Below, one piece after another: positions 1 through 11,768 of a stretch of DNA of 64,000 nucleotides. Origin of the DNA: an uncultured Nitrososphaerales archaeon (GTDB taxonomy: Archaea > Thermoproteota > Nitrososphaeria > Nitrososphaerales > Nitrososphaeraceae). Numbering within the stretch: position 1 is the first letter of the stretch; each line of letters starts with the position of its first letter. The notes under the pieces were generated by a model. It saw nothing but the letters and a program-made list of their open reading frames with translations, did not search any database and had not been told where the DNA came from. A program made the position numbers and the translations under genes. The DNA is taken from positions 256,001 through 320,000 of the forward strand of contig CAVQMO010000005.1 in the NCBI GenBank assembly GCA_963713605.1, given 5' to 3'.

Positions 1-67
1 AGCCAACCCACATCTATCTCAAATAAGAGATCCTGAGTAAATGAAGTTTAGAAGAGATGCCCAATAT

Positions 68-1024
68 CTAAATAGATCCTGTTTGGTCATGATATCCTTC
101 TATCTGGATGGTCGCATGGGCTATTCTAAAATTCTTCTCAAGTAATGAATTTATTTCTTGAAGTACTTCCAAGGACTTACTTGGATCTATCACTACCACA
201 TGAGCGGATAATGCATTCAGACCTGAGGTAATAGTCCAGATGTGCAACTCAAAGATACCAGTTACACCCTTAATCTTAAGGATTGCATTCTTGACTTCTT
301 CGTGTGATACGTTGGCAGGAACACCTTCCATGAGAATATGAAGCGATTTGTTAAGTAGCCTCCAAGTCCTGGGAAAGATGAACAAAGCAAGCACGATGCT
401 TACGATGGGATCAGCCAAATAAAAGCCGGTTAAGTATATGACAATGCCCGCAATAATTATACCAACTGATCCGAGCGTATCGCTAAGGACCTCAAGATAT
501 GCTCCCTGCATATTTAAGTCGGCATCTTTTTCGTTTCCAGAATGATCCCGATCTCCCAATGTATGCTCATCTCTTTTGACTGAATTGAGAGGGATATTGT
601 GTGAGTGACTCTTGAGAAGCACTATTCCTACGACATTCACGACAAGTCCGATGCCCCCTACTATTAGCATCGGAAGAACATCGATATGGCGAGGTTCTAT
701 AATGCGCCAATACGCTTCATAGAGAATATAAAGAGAAATCAATATCAATATGACGCCATTGGCTAGCGCGGCAAGTATCTCCAATCTGTAAAATCCGAAT
801 GTTCTTTGGGGGGTGGGAGGCTTGCGGGTGTAAGAAATTGCAAAGAGAGCCAGTGCCAGCCCCCCGACATCTGCTACCATATGACCGGCATCAGCAAGTA
901 ACGCTAAGCTACCTGCTAATATTCCAGAAACCACCTCCACGGCCAGAAATCCAGCAACTAGATAGAATACAATCCTGAGTTTCCTTATGCGTTGCTTTGT
1001 TATTTCATCTCTAGTTATAGACAA
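68..1024 (-). CDS. czcD: Cation diffusion facilitator (Zn/Co/Cd efflux), CzcD family
   Basis: SLALLADAGHM.AD motif, TFGFYRLEILAAL.NG, N..GAYL.V..D motif, C-terminal ELHIWTITSG...HATIQIE. Confidence 0.93.
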   Translation of the reverse strand: MSITRDEITKQRIRKLRIVFYLVAGFLAVEVVSGILAGSLALLADAGHMVADVGGLALALFAISYTRKPPTPQRTFGFYRLEILAALANGVILILISLYILYEAYWRIIEPRHIDVLPMLIVGGIGLVVNVVGIVLLKSHSHNIPLNSVKRDEHTLGDRDHSGNEKDADLNMQGAYLEVLSDTLGSVGIIIAGIVIYLTGFYLADPIVSIVLALFIFPRTWRLLNKSLHILMEGVPANVSHEEVKNAILKIKGVTGIFELHIWTITSGLNALSAHVVVIDPSKSLEVLQEINSLLEKNFRIAHATIQIEGYHDQTGSI

Positions 1025-1430
1025 TTATTCTTGCTTCAGTCAGCTTACAGTCTATTGTCGCCTATTATATTGATATTCTCTGTATGTATGTATTGTAAGT
1101 CTTCAAAAATTCGAACGTCAATAAAGCAATAGTTTTGGAGGCATGGGAGGAACAGGAGATTGGAGCTGTTTTTAGTATATCGGTTACAAGTCCATACGAA
1201 TGTTAGATAATTGAGAAAGCATAATGAATAGCCTTGGACCAATTTACTAATATACGGTAACGGGTATATTCATGGTGAGGCACCTATTCGAAGCCCGTTT
1301 CTCTTCTTATCCTTTGGTCTCCATTAACGTGAGTTAAAACCAGCCACTGAAAATGTTTTCATTTTAACATTGGTCACGGATTAGACAGTCATCGCGGCCG
1401 CTCGCAAAGTTGATAACTTAAATACTACTT

Positions 1431-1895
1431 GTGGCATTTAGAAGATCATCATTGAAAAATAATAATAATCTCAGCCTAGTTGGGGTACTGGCGGCGGTAT
1501 TCCTTTTCGCGACAACCGCTGTGCCGCAAGGGGTCTGGATCTCTTCTGATCCTGTAAACGCCCAAATGGATAGCGGTAACCAGACAGCGGTTATAGACCA
1601 GTTAGTCTCAAACTTAAGTCAGGCAAAGGAAGCAGTCGGAAATGGAAACTCTACGGCGGTAACTATGCAATTGACCGCTATAATAGGAGAGCTTTCGGAT
1701 ATACTTGGCAAAGTGACAACTGATGAAAACGGCGAGAACTTGGATGAACATACGCACGTGTTCGTGCACAAAGGACATACGCATACTGTAACACATAATC
1801 ATCCTCATCATGCTGACCATCATCACCACGACGACTGGACTGATCGGCATCACATATTCAACCCGAGAGATTGCAAACCAGGATTTATGTGTTAA
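1431..1895 (+). CDS. Secreted protein with His-rich C-terminus (putative metal-binding)
   Basis: Hydrophobic signal-like N-terminus; tail HTHVFVHKGHTHTVTHNHPHHADHHHHDDWTDRHH then C..GFMC; TATA-like 'cttaaata' near 1417. Confidence 0.75.
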   Translation: MAFRRSSLKNNNNLSLVGVLAAVFLFATTAVPQGVWISSDPVNAQMDSGNQTAVIDQLVSNLSQAKEAVGNGNSTAVTMQLTAIIGELSDILGKVTTDENGENLDEHTHVFVHKGHTHTVTHNHPHHADHHHHDDWTDRHHIFNPRDCKPGFMC

Positions 1896-2557
1896 TCACC
1901 CCTACTTTCTTTATTTAATACTAAAGTTCTAAAACATAGTAAGCATTTAGTTCAAATCGTGGTTCAATTAAATCTAGGTCATATTTCTCAACGTTAAGCC
2001 AAGGACCTAATTCAGCTTTCACTCGCTTTGCTTACTCGAGCTGTTTGCTATCCAATAGTAATGGCTGCTTTGGAATCAAAAGTCATTTCTCCATCCCCAA
2101 TTAGAGTAGCTTCATAATCTCAGCTCCCAAAAGCGAACGGACTTCGAACAAGTTAATATGAAACATGATGTGATCTGAATAGGAGATACAACTTTTATTA
2201 GGTGTGATACAGCTGATTTTTAACCCTGTCAAAGCACGTAACCTTTCTCAGGCTATTATTGTAGATTTCTCGATCATCGGGATCATGACGTGTTCCATGT
2301 GTTTTCATAAATCTTAATCATTAGAATGATGATATAATGGTATAATTGATAACAGAAAGAAAAAGAGGGGATACTAAAAGTCATTATGACGACCAAACAG
2401 TAGAAAATCTAAAGAATCACTATGTGGTGAAAGAAAATCAAACAAAATATTTAGAGTCGTGAAGGTGCAAATTTAGTTGTAAACTAAATTGTAGAGGTTA
2501 ATAATAGTGGTGATAGCCACAATTTCAATGATAACCAAATTCAAGTTATCCACATTG

Positions 2558-4039
2558 TTATATAGGAATATTTTCATTGATTGATGGCCCAGTATTGAGT
2601 ACTTGTGCAGTACCCTCAAAAAATTTCTCACTCAAATTTGCAATTTCAAGAATTATCTCCTCCCTAAATGGAGGTCCAATTATTTGTGCTCCTACCGGCA
2701 TATTCTCCTTGGTTAAACCAATTGGAATGCTAATTGCAGGTAGACCAGTACTATTAAATACTACTGTATTTTGCAATAGGGCTTGGCGAGTTTCTACAAC
2801 AACTCTATTTCTTACACTAACTACACTATCCCTGATTCTTGGGGCAGCTACAATGGTCGTAGGAGCGACAATGGCATCAATCTTTCGATTTGATAATATG
2901 GCTAGTATTTCGTTCCTTATCTCATTTACCGCTCTGAGAGATTGAATATAATCGACTGCAGAAATACGTTTTCCTTGGACCAACATCTCTTTCACTTCGG
3001 GGCTATAATCATCCGCTCTCGTATTAAGCCATTTCAAGTGAACATTTGTAGCCTCTGAAAGTCTGATATTTCTCCATGAGTTATAGTATTTTTCTGTATT
3101 CTGCAAATTAAGGTCATCTATAACTAAGGTTTTTATGGACCGTAAGAACTCAACGAAGCTACAAAATAAATCTGCTATTTCAGGATGCATGTTATCACAG
3201 AAATACTTCTTTAGAACTGCAATTCGTAACCTCTTATTACAGGATTCTTCTATGATTCTTGTGTAGGAAGGGACACTTCTGTTTGCCGAAGAGCCATTTG
3301 ATGTATCCCAGCCTGCCACACACTCCATCACTGCAGCCGCGTCCCATACACTTCTTGTGATGCAACCAACATGGTCCAGAGTAGGGGCCAGTGGAAAAAT
3401 ATTGTACATGCTGATCCTACCGAACGTAGGCTTCAGTCCTACAGCGCCACATAGTGAAGCAGGAACTCGAACTGACCCTCCTGTGTCAGTTCCTAATGAA
3501 AGCAAAACCATTCCTGTTGAGACAGCAACAGCAGATCCCCCACTGGAGCCTCCAGATAATCTAGATGTATCCCATGGATTTTTAGAGGTTCCGTAAAATG
3601 GATTTATGCCAGTTATTCCAGATGCAAATTCATTCAAATTATTCGTACCGATGAGGATTCCCCCGGCTCTTTTCATTCGTTGCACAACAGTAGCAGTCGA
3701 CTTGGGAACGCAATTAGTAAGTATTTTCGAGCCTGCGGTACATCTAATACCTCTTACATACATGATGTCCTTAATAGAAAATGGGATTCCGTGCAAAGGG
3801 CCACGGTAATTTCCGAGACGAATTTCATTCTCGGCAATTTGAGCCTGCTTGTACAATTTGTCTTCTCTTATTATGGTAATAAATGCATTAAGGATAGGAT
3901 TCAATTTTTTGATCCTGTCGAGCGATACTTCAATTAATTCAGTTGGCGATATCTGCCCCGCCTTTATTCTCTCTGACAGAAGCTTTATCGAAAATATTGG
4001 TGACGCTGAACCATTGCTAACCACAAAACTAATTCCCAT
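2558..4039 (-). CDS. Amidase signature family enzyme (GatA/AtzE-like)
   Basis: SIKD catalytic Lys, GGSSGGSA, GTDTGGSVRVPASLCG; no gatB/gatC adjacent. Confidence 0.92.
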   Translation of the reverse strand: MGISFVVSNGSASPIFSIKLLSERIKAGQISPTELIEVSLDRIKKLNPILNAFITIIREDKLYKQAQIAENEIRLGNYRGPLHGIPFSIKDIMYVRGIRCTAGSKILTNCVPKSTATVVQRMKRAGGILIGTNNLNEFASGITGINPFYGTSKNPWDTSRLSGGSSGGSAVAVSTGMVLLSLGTDTGGSVRVPASLCGAVGLKPTFGRISMYNIFPLAPTLDHVGCITRSVWDAAAVMECVAGWDTSNGSSANRSVPSYTRIIEESCNKRLRIAVLKKYFCDNMHPEIADLFCSFVEFLRSIKTLVIDDLNLQNTEKYYNSWRNIRLSEATNVHLKWLNTRADDYSPEVKEMLVQGKRISAVDYIQSLRAVNEIRNEILAILSNRKIDAIVAPTTIVAAPRIRDSVVSVRNRVVVETRQALLQNTVVFNSTGLPAISIPIGLTKENMPVGAQIIGPPFREEIILEIANLSEKFFEGTAQVLNTGPSINENIPI

Positions 4040-4059
4040 GTGATACCTCTTAAGGAGTT

Positions 4060-4440
4060 TTATATTTCTGAACTAAGATCTGGGGCTATGGATTTGAGAG
4101 GTAACGTGAAACAAAATGTAGGACCCTGTTTATTCGTGTTATTGTAGGCCCATATTCTGCCACCGTGTGCCTCAACAAGGCTTTTTGATACATATAGACC
4201 AAGCCCGGTTCCACCATCAGACGAAGTAACAAATTTAGCAAATAGGTTTTCATTGATGCTCTTATCAATGCAAATACCTCCATCATTTACCATTATGACA
4301 ATTTGCTCTGAAGTATCATCTTTCTTAATAGAAACTTCAATCGGGAGAACAGTTTCGTTGTCTCGAGTAATTCGTTGATTTGAAGAATTCAAGGCATTAT
4401 TTAAAAGGTTTGACAAGACTTTAATGATCCTGTTCTTACC
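4060..4440 (-). pseudogene. Histidine kinase HATPase_c remnant
   Basis: N-box NLLNNA and G2 GGTGLGL present, G1 degenerate (NDGGIC), no HisKA or sensor region upstream. Confidence 0.75.
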
Positions 4441-4622
4441 AACACTTCTATCAATAAGGGGCCTATTCTCTTTTTCTCTATAGCTGTTTGATATTCTGTT
4501 ACTAGCGATGACCTATCATTAGTAATTATATGTTGATCTCCATCATTCTAAAGTGTTCCATTGTAATATGATACATTAGCATTTCACTTTTAGCTGGTCT
4601 GCCTGGTGTATGGAGCATGAGG

Positions 4623-5210
4623 TCATAATCCTTGTTGAAAAGGATAGTGCGAAGGTATTTTATCAGCTTGAAGGGGCCCAAAGATTAATGCGATCTCGTC
4701 ATGAGCGCTGATACTGATGTTTCTGAAGTCAGTACTTATTGGTACCTTTTTGCCATCTACGTACGTGCTCAACGCGCTATTTGTATCATTGAGGTTGTTG
4801 TGATCGAATATCTGAGTGTTGTTGAAGGTCTGGTTCCAGATATCAATAAAGTTTCCGACTGTGAATTCCCTCTCAATGGGAGATTCAATATGAATAACTC
4901 CACTATTGTCGTGAGTGTGTAGCCAGTACAGACATCGTCCTTCGGGGTCAATCCCGATTTGTGAAGGTACTGTGAATGGTTTACCATCGACAAAGATGTC
5001 AAGATGCGCGTGAATGTGAAACTTGGTAAATTCCATAGTATCACATCGTATACCATCAATCGTAGTCATATTCGGTGTTGATGAAAATACATCTTCTCTG
5101 CCTGAGAGAGAGATATCCAGAGTTAAGGTAGCTATCGTGAGCGAAGCACCAATATAGATTACCCGAAATAGGGTAAACGACAATCCATGTCGGCCAGAAC
5201 TTATTGGCAT
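4623..5210 (-). CDS. Secreted/membrane-anchored protein with HIHAH and LHTHD metal-binding-like motifs
   Basis: N-terminal hydrophobic segment; FHIHAHLDIFVDG...PSQIGI...CLYWLHTHDNSGVIHIES. Confidence 0.8.
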   Translation of the reverse strand: MPISSGRHGLSFTLFRVIYIGASLTIATLTLDISLSGREDVFSSTPNMTTIDGIRCDTMEFTKFHIHAHLDIFVDGKPFTVPSQIGIDPEGRCLYWLHTHDNSGVIHIESPIEREFTVGNFIDIWNQTFNNTQIFDHNNLNDTNSALSTYVDGKKVPISTDFRNISISAHDEIALIFGPLQADKIPSHYPFQQGL

Positions 5211-5467
5211 GCCACGGTGCCTCTCTTATACATTTTTTTTACAATCATTGTCAACCGAACTGACATGATCAAATAAATAGATTGGGGACCAGGCAAATAT
5301 CATGTCATGTAATACTAATTCTCAGTCTGAGATGTTACCTGAATCCAATTGTAAGAGAAGGGATCCAGTAGTTTTACTTACGAAACGACCGAATAATCTA
5401 AATCATCTTTGCGGACTACAATACCCTCTTCTCAGAAAGTGCTCGCCAAAATCGTCTACGCAAGGCC

Positions 5468-6639
5468 CTAAATACTTCTAACGTATAACAAGAACTTTTC
5501 TGATTTAGATATATCAAATCTTGCAAGCACATCTGTAATTTCAGAAAAATCAGTTTTTTCATCATGCATTTGATTCGGCATAAATAACTGAATTCTATCA
5601 AACTTACCTGATGAGATGACCCGATTCACTGTAAAAAGCAACAAATCCTCTAGGTAGGTCGAGGTTGGAGCATCAAGATAAACTATTTGAAAAGATGCAT
5701 CATCATCATCGTTATACCCTGAATCATCTTTTTCACTAGAAATCTGTCTTAGTCCCTCATCTCCACTTTGCAATCGTTCAGCACGATATTTTTCACGAAC
5801 ATGATTATTTGTAATTGCTAATGCTCTAATTCCCCAAATACCTTTGGTTCTAACAATTATTATTTTCTTGTTGGTTATCAGTTCTGAGATTATAGAGTTT
5901 TCCAATTTCAATTCATACCATTTCCAGGATTGAACATATCTTCGACCGCTAGAAATGAAGGTTTTTGATTTTGACAGAAAGGTGATAATTTCCCCGATAT
6001 CACTTACAGATGCGAACGAGACAACCATATTTCTGCGACGTGTGTTAGCATCATCATCATTAGAAACTTTACCTTGATTATTTTCAAAGATGTTCTTCCT
6101 AATTCTTAAACTCGCTATGTTTGTCCGATTGCCATTTTCCTTGTGTCCTGTGTAATATATCCATTTAGCTCTCTTTTGGAATTCATTCTTCTCTAACATT
6201 TGCCTTGACGCAATGTTCGTTTCAGCCGTTATGGCGGCTGCCTCTCTGATGTTATTATCCATCTCCCTTCCATATTCTATCATTCTATCTATGAGTTCAG
6301 AAGCAATCCCCATACGTCGATATTTAGAATTAATTCTAATTCCCTCAACCCATACCAGTTTCCTATTTGGACAAACATAGGCATGTGATACCCCTACAAT
6401 TTGACTTGTTTTAGAATAAGTGCTTTTGTCATCAAGCGCAGGCGCAACCTTGACCACGTCTGCGTCGTCAAGATCAGCAAGGTTGGATATTATTTCGGCT
6501 ACCATCAAGACGCCATTGAGATCGGAATACCAAGTATCCCACACCTCATGAATGTAGTCTCCCCACCGAAACGTATTTTTACAGAATTCTAAAACTTTCG
6601 ATTTGTCCGATTTAATTGCTTTTCTTACTTTAATCTCAA
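5468..6639 (-). CDS. GNAT family N-acetyltransferase (true start probably TTG at 6639 with a 1-nt indel)
   Basis: WVEGIRINSKYRRMGIAS motif A, N.ASR.MLEK.EF; frame continues upstream of the 6544 GTG as IKVRKAIKSDKSKVLEFCKNTFRWGDYI. Confidence 0.85.
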
Positions 6640-6859
6640 TGCTTAAAATATCTTAGATTATGCAATTTCATTGTTTCCATCTCGTCACTGTTGTAAATTG
6701 GTTGATGTTGAAATAAATTTATCAAGTAGGATATTGTTATGCATCACCTATCCTCTTGGATGATTATTTTAGTTAATTCTTAATTGATTTGGCAAATATC
6801 TCTTTGCACAAATGAATTCATCGAAAATAGTAGCAGAAAGTGGACTGACGTAGGGTTAG

Positions 6860-7231
6860 TTACGCCTTAATAAATTGTCTTAGCTTTTCGTTCTTGACCA
6901 GAACATCCATTATCTTGCTACGTTCAGATTCCGGAATACCGGATGAATCAAGAACATCTAATGCTCTTAACTTCCAGTATTCTTCTGATATAACTTGCAA
7001 CAATACTAGGTGCCAATCAAAAACTACCTTCCCGAAGGAAGTGAGATGATACTTTCCGTTTGCCTTGCTAATCAGATTATAAATTATCAATGCGTGAAGT
7101 CTGGAATAGAATTGTTTTCGCGTTAGTTGCAAACTGTCAATTGAAATAGATTGACCTTCTTTAATCACAGATAGCATTTCCCTACACTTATCGTCTGAAA
7201 TACAATTCAGGATTTGGGATTCTGTTAACAA
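6860..7231 (-). CDS. Winged-helix transcription regulator-like protein (LTRKQ.YSR family), paralog 1
   Basis: LTRKQFYSRLHAL...GKYHLTSFGK..WKLRALD; close paralog of 11769..12140. Confidence 0.8.
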   Translation of the reverse strand: MLTESQILNCISDDKCREMLSVIKEGQSISIDSLQLTRKQFYSRLHALIIYNLISKANGKYHLTSFGKVVFDWHLVLLQVISEEYWKLRALDVLDSSGIPESERSKIMDVLVKNEKLRQFIKA

Positions 7232-7736
7232 GTATGCTCTAAATAGGCAAATCTGGCCTTATTAATCTTTTGAAGGATCAATGTCCATTATTGCTCTTGG
7301 TTAGGAGCTGAAAAGGAATCCAGATATCTGAAAGGGAAGTTAGAAGGGAAACCTGCGAGCTTGTATGACGAAACAGGAATTGCATTCCAAATTCTAAGGT
7401 TGTCGTTAATTCTCTTGCTCTTATTCAGTCATTGGGGCCCACACAGATCCAGTATTTGTTCTCTCTAAAATTACCTATCATTCAAAGTACCTTATAGGAC
7501 AAACCTGAACATTGGACATGAGAATCCCATTAATTGCCATTCCAATAACTTTGAAAGGGGACTTATCAGTAATGTGAATGTTTACAGTTCTTTGCTGGTT
7601 GCTTTCGTTTATATTGACCCTGATCGAGCCTTCGAATAAGGACACCTCCAATCCACGAGTGCACTATCCAAGTGGGCGTCAGTCAGGAACAAAACAAACT
7701 TAAGGGCAAGGGCGAAGCCTATAGATTGTTTGTGAC

Positions 7737-8072
7737 GTGTCCTCCGGTTCACATAATATTTTGTATCGGGACAGGATCTATATTATTAAAGATATTATTC
7801 TGAAACTTGTAGAGTACGGTGAACTGAATCAAACTGCATTGGTAAGCTTCTGCGGATTGAATATGACCAAGCATAAGCCTCTTATCGATAATTTGGAAAC
7901 AAAGCAATTAATCAGTAGAAATCAGATTCTGGTCGGTAAGCGAGTGATAACCATCTATAAACCAACACAAAAGGGGCTTGAATTTTGCAATAGTATACTG
8001 GAGCCATATGAGATCATGTTTCCGCGCGTCGTTCAAACCATTTCCAAGATTGAACAGATCTTCGACCGCTAG
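7737..8072 (+). CDS. Archaeal winged-helix (HTH_45-like) protein
   Basis: YRDRIYIIKDIIL.L...GELNQTALVSFCGLN...YKPTQKGLEF. Confidence 0.8.
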   Translation: MSSGSHNILYRDRIYIIKDIILKLVEYGELNQTALVSFCGLNMTKHKPLIDNLETKQLISRNQILVGKRVITIYKPTQKGLEFCNSILEPYEIMFPRVVQTISKIEQIFDR

Positions 8073-8179
8073 AAATGAAGGTTTTTGATTTTGACAGAAA
8101 GGTGATAATTTCCCCGATATCGCTCACAAATGCGAACGAGACAACCATATTTCTGCGACATGTGTTAGCATCATCATCA
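8032..8179. repeat. ~150-bp direct copy of internal GNAT segment 5912..6059
   Basis: Near-identical 'ttcgaccgctagaaatgaaggtttttgattttgacagaaaggtgataatttccccgatatc...tgtgttagcatcatcatc' at both sites. Confidence 0.95.
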
Positions 8180-9306
8180 GTGTCGTCAGGCACTGGATAA
8201 GGATATGTATTAGATTTATCAAGCCGCCTGTAAATGACATATTATTGGCATAGTGAGGCATATGATTCAAATTCAAACTATAGCATTCGGAAGCGAATAT
8301 TCCTGTAACGTAAACAAAAACCTAATTGCTCACCTGGATCAGACTGAAGGTACTGGCGGCTCGTAATAGAGATAAAGATCCTCTGCAAATGCTTTCTGTA
8401 GAAATCTGTGAGCATTTTCGGTAACCTTGGTTAATTCGGTTATATCACTGTCAGGTGCTCTGTGCAATGATATTCCTCAGACTACTCTCTTCGTTCTTCG
8501 TTCGGCTTTTCCCCTAATATTGTCATTCCCCTTGATCGGGCTCTATTATTTGCGTTACTGTCATTAGTACCAATGATATTGGTCCTGTTATCAACAACTC
8601 GACGGCCTCCGTGCATACTAAATGAGGAGTCTTCCTCACGGGCACCACATGCTTCGACACCGCCACTGAATCCACGTAGAATTCCACCGCAGTTCGCAGA
8701 CAGCAATCGCAACCGCCCACCTACAACTTGTAACTGGTAACTCCATGAGCATCATTCTCTGCTGCATACTATCTGTGGTGGCATATGAGACATGTAATCC
8801 ATGAATGACCAACTCAAAGACTATTCTGTTTACCTCTTGGAATGGTACTCTCTATGGAAATTAAAGACTAAGCTTATGCTTCTCTACCTATCTTTTTAAC
8901 GTGGCGAATAAACTCTACCTGGGTTTTAATATATCATCAGCTCAGCAATGGGCAGGAACACATAGAATGTACACGTCGAAACCGTAAAACGTGTCTATCT
9001 GCTTAATACCGGAGACCATTGCGACGATTGGTGATGAGGTTGCTTGTGCTTGACGACTCATTGTCTTTGAGTGCATAGATTACGCAACTTGTACTACAAG
9101 ATCTTGTGTAAAGTCCGCAGATATAGACTATCCATTGTGAATTTGCCTTCATAGATCACTGAAATTGTCACAAAGTGTCTTCTAAACGTCGCTAGCAGCA
9201 CTTGGTGCCCATACACGTTCCGTTGATGTAGGATGACCAAGAAAAAACGTAAGGTCGGTTACAGAGCATTTATCTATTTTACTCGCCAAGACCGACGAGA
9301 TCCTGA

Positions 9307-10456
9307 ATGAGTCAAACCACTATTCAAAAAAAGGCAGAAAGACAGGTCGAGCAAGTAAGAAGATTAAGCGCTGAGAGAAAATGGCTACCAATTTTCCATT
9401 GGGCTGAAAGTACAAAGGATTTGGGGTCAAGCCCGAGCAGCCAATTCATACCTGTCTCTCTACTCCTTAGGTCTCAGATACTCCTTTTCAATTCAAGAAA
9501 AAAATGGGGATTGCTGTTCGCTCTGGCTACCATCTCAGGAATGTTTTGTGTGCCGAATGCAATATACCAAATTCAAAATGCCATAGTGGGATCTTTTGAT
9601 GACCGGTTGAATCTCTTGATGAACTCAGTTCTTCCTGTATCTACACTCTTAATCATCACAGGCATGTATGTCCTCAACGATCTTTTCGATGCTGACCTTG
9701 ATCGGATCAACGGGAAAACTAATAGGCCAATACCGTCTGGAAGAGTTAGCAAGAGACAAGCCCTTGTTTTCGTTGTATCGATGAATGTGATTGGGCTTTC
9801 ACTGCCAGTTTTTGCGAATAATACACTGGGAATCGTGATGGCGTCAACAATTGCAATGATTGGCATTATGTACTCCCTTCCAAAAATTTCACTGAAAGAC
9901 AGGTTTGTCATAAAAACCTGTGCTATTGCAATCGCTATGGCATGTTCATTGTTTCTTGGAGCAAGCATGTATTTTGGTGATGATTTTGGGATTAGTTTTC
10001 AAACGGAAAGTTCAATTTTTGTATCCATTGTTTGCAGGTGTTATGCTTGCTCTGATGGTCATTGTTACGTCTCCGTTGAATGATTTGGGTGATATTAAGG
10101 GAGACAAAGAGGCAGGTAGGAAGACGATCCCGATAGTGCTTGGAAAGAAAAATACCCTCAGGCTCTCTTTGTTAGTAACAATAGGAATTGCCCTTTCATC
10201 GTGGATTCTCTATGCACTACGGACATCCATGATTGTATACGAATCAACTAGCCTGGATATTTCAACCAACACCATTTATGCAATTGCGTTACCTCTCTTG
10301 ATCTCGGGGATGTGTGTTTTGATTGTCGTCCACCTGATGTCTGTGTTTAAACGGATAGATGACCTAAATTACATTAGGGAATCAGTCGGTAAGAAGTCAA
10401 TGCCCTTACATTTACTACTGCAAATTTCGTTAGTTATCGGTTGCCTAATACAGTAA
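9307..10456 (+). CDS. UbiA-family prenyltransferase (DGGGP-synthase-like), frameshift near 10020
   Basis: NDLFDADLDRINGKTNRPIPSG in ORF 9307..10083 and NDLGDIKGDKEAGRKTIP in overlapping ORF 9920..10456. Confidence 0.88.
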
Positions 10457-10593
10457 GAACGACAAATCACTGATGATTTAGGCTTTGGACTGATGTATTA
10501 GGCGAAGTCATAAAATGAGTAGAAGCAGCCTAAGGCTCGGACTAGTCTAAGATTGTTATTTTACCTGTTGTAAATGAAAAGCTGAATTGGTAG

Positions 10594-11547
10594 CTAGCGG
10601 GAAGATGCCCGAGCAGCTTCTTCGATAAACATCGGAGACTGTGCATCCTGTTTGAGGAGATGGAAGTACGTAATGTATTTTTCAGCAAGATAACTGTCAT
10701 CGTAATTGGCTATTGCTATCGTAAACTCATGCGGATTAACATAACTTACAGTTTCATATACAACTTGTCGTTCATCAACGACTACGAAGCTAGTTGGAAG
10801 TTTCTCCAGTCTGAATAACTCAAATCTGGGAGACCGAACCATGTTTACAACCTGGTGGTACGTCTCTTTATTGGGTGCTGTCCTGAGAATTGCATTGATT
10901 CTGGAATCAAGGGAAGTTTGTTTAGGATTTCCGTCTATAATATGTAACCTTACTCCGTTAGCAAACTTCTTGATTGCAAGGCTTGAAATGTGAGGATCAT
11001 GATAACGCGATGCAAAGTAAATTTCTTTCTTTGCATTGTCCAACACACGAAGCACTTCAACGATCAGGCTTTCATAATCTCTTATAATAGTAAAGCCTGA
11101 CAAATGCGTGTCATTGGTTATTTGATTCAACTCTGATACTTCTAGAAGCTCCTTTATCAAAATGTCCCTCTCTGTACCTGGAAGGTCACTTCGACCTTTG
11201 AGGACATCGACTGCCTGAAGATGCCAAAAACCGTCTAGGATCTTCTCCAACGTTCTAAAATTGCTTTTGTATACAAGGGAGCCAAGGGATGTAGTTCTAT
11301 ACATATTATCTCGTTGCTTTTCGACTAGACCCATGTCTTTGAGGCGCTTAAGGCGAGATAGATACTGCCGTTTCGTCAATTTACCAACGACGTTGGAAAA
11401 GTCACCCTTTACTCCTGAGTATGCAATTTTCAGCATTTTAGCCATCAGAGGATCAGACAATACCTGAAAAATCTGATACGTGCTTGGAACAGACCTAAGT
11501 CTGACTTTCGTTCCTTTAGACTCTGAAGTTCCTCTTTTAGTCCCCAC
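10594..11547 (-). CDS. wHTH (LTKRQY.SR family) fused to TrmB-like effector domain
   Basis: LTKRQYLSRLKRLKDMGLV...YRTTSLG..WHLQAVD; C-terminal VLDNAKKEIYFAS...SFVVVDERQV resembles the TrmB/PLD-like domain. Confidence 0.78.
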   Translation of the reverse strand: MGTKRGTSESKGTKVRLRSVPSTYQIFQVLSDPLMAKMLKIAYSGVKGDFSNVVGKLTKRQYLSRLKRLKDMGLVEKQRDNMYRTTSLGSLVYKSNFRTLEKILDGFWHLQAVDVLKGRSDLPGTERDILIKELLEVSELNQITNDTHLSGFTIIRDYESLIVEVLRVLDNAKKEIYFASRYHDPHISSLAIKKFANGVRLHIIDGNPKQTSLDSRINAILRTAPNKETYHQVVNMVRSPRFELFRLEKLPTSFVVVDERQVVYETVSYVNPHEFTIAIANYDDSYLAEKYITYFHLLKQDAQSPMFIEEAARASSR

Positions 11548-11768
11548 TGACGTATCTCATATACATTGGTACCTCAAGGTTATATAGGCTTTCGCCGTTT
11601 TCAGGCCTTCTCCTGGCACTTTACACTCTCTCTGGAACTCCACGCAAGGATAATGGTGAATAACATATGCTCTACCTGTATTCAAGGATTCCCACCGATA
11701 CTACTAAAGGAGTATCTACCCCTGAATTTATCGAAAATATTCTAGTCGAAAAAAAGGAGATGTCTGCG

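Noticed and set aside
2558..4039. gatA assignment
   Set aside because: No gatB/gatC context and GatA-specific motifs not recognised
2577..4043. Plus-strand ORFs within the amidase, and similar antisense ORFs over other genes
   Set aside because: Shadow frames of well-supported opposite-strand genes
4060..4440. Functional two-component system
   Set aside because: Only a degenerate ATPase fragment; no HisKA domain or response regulator
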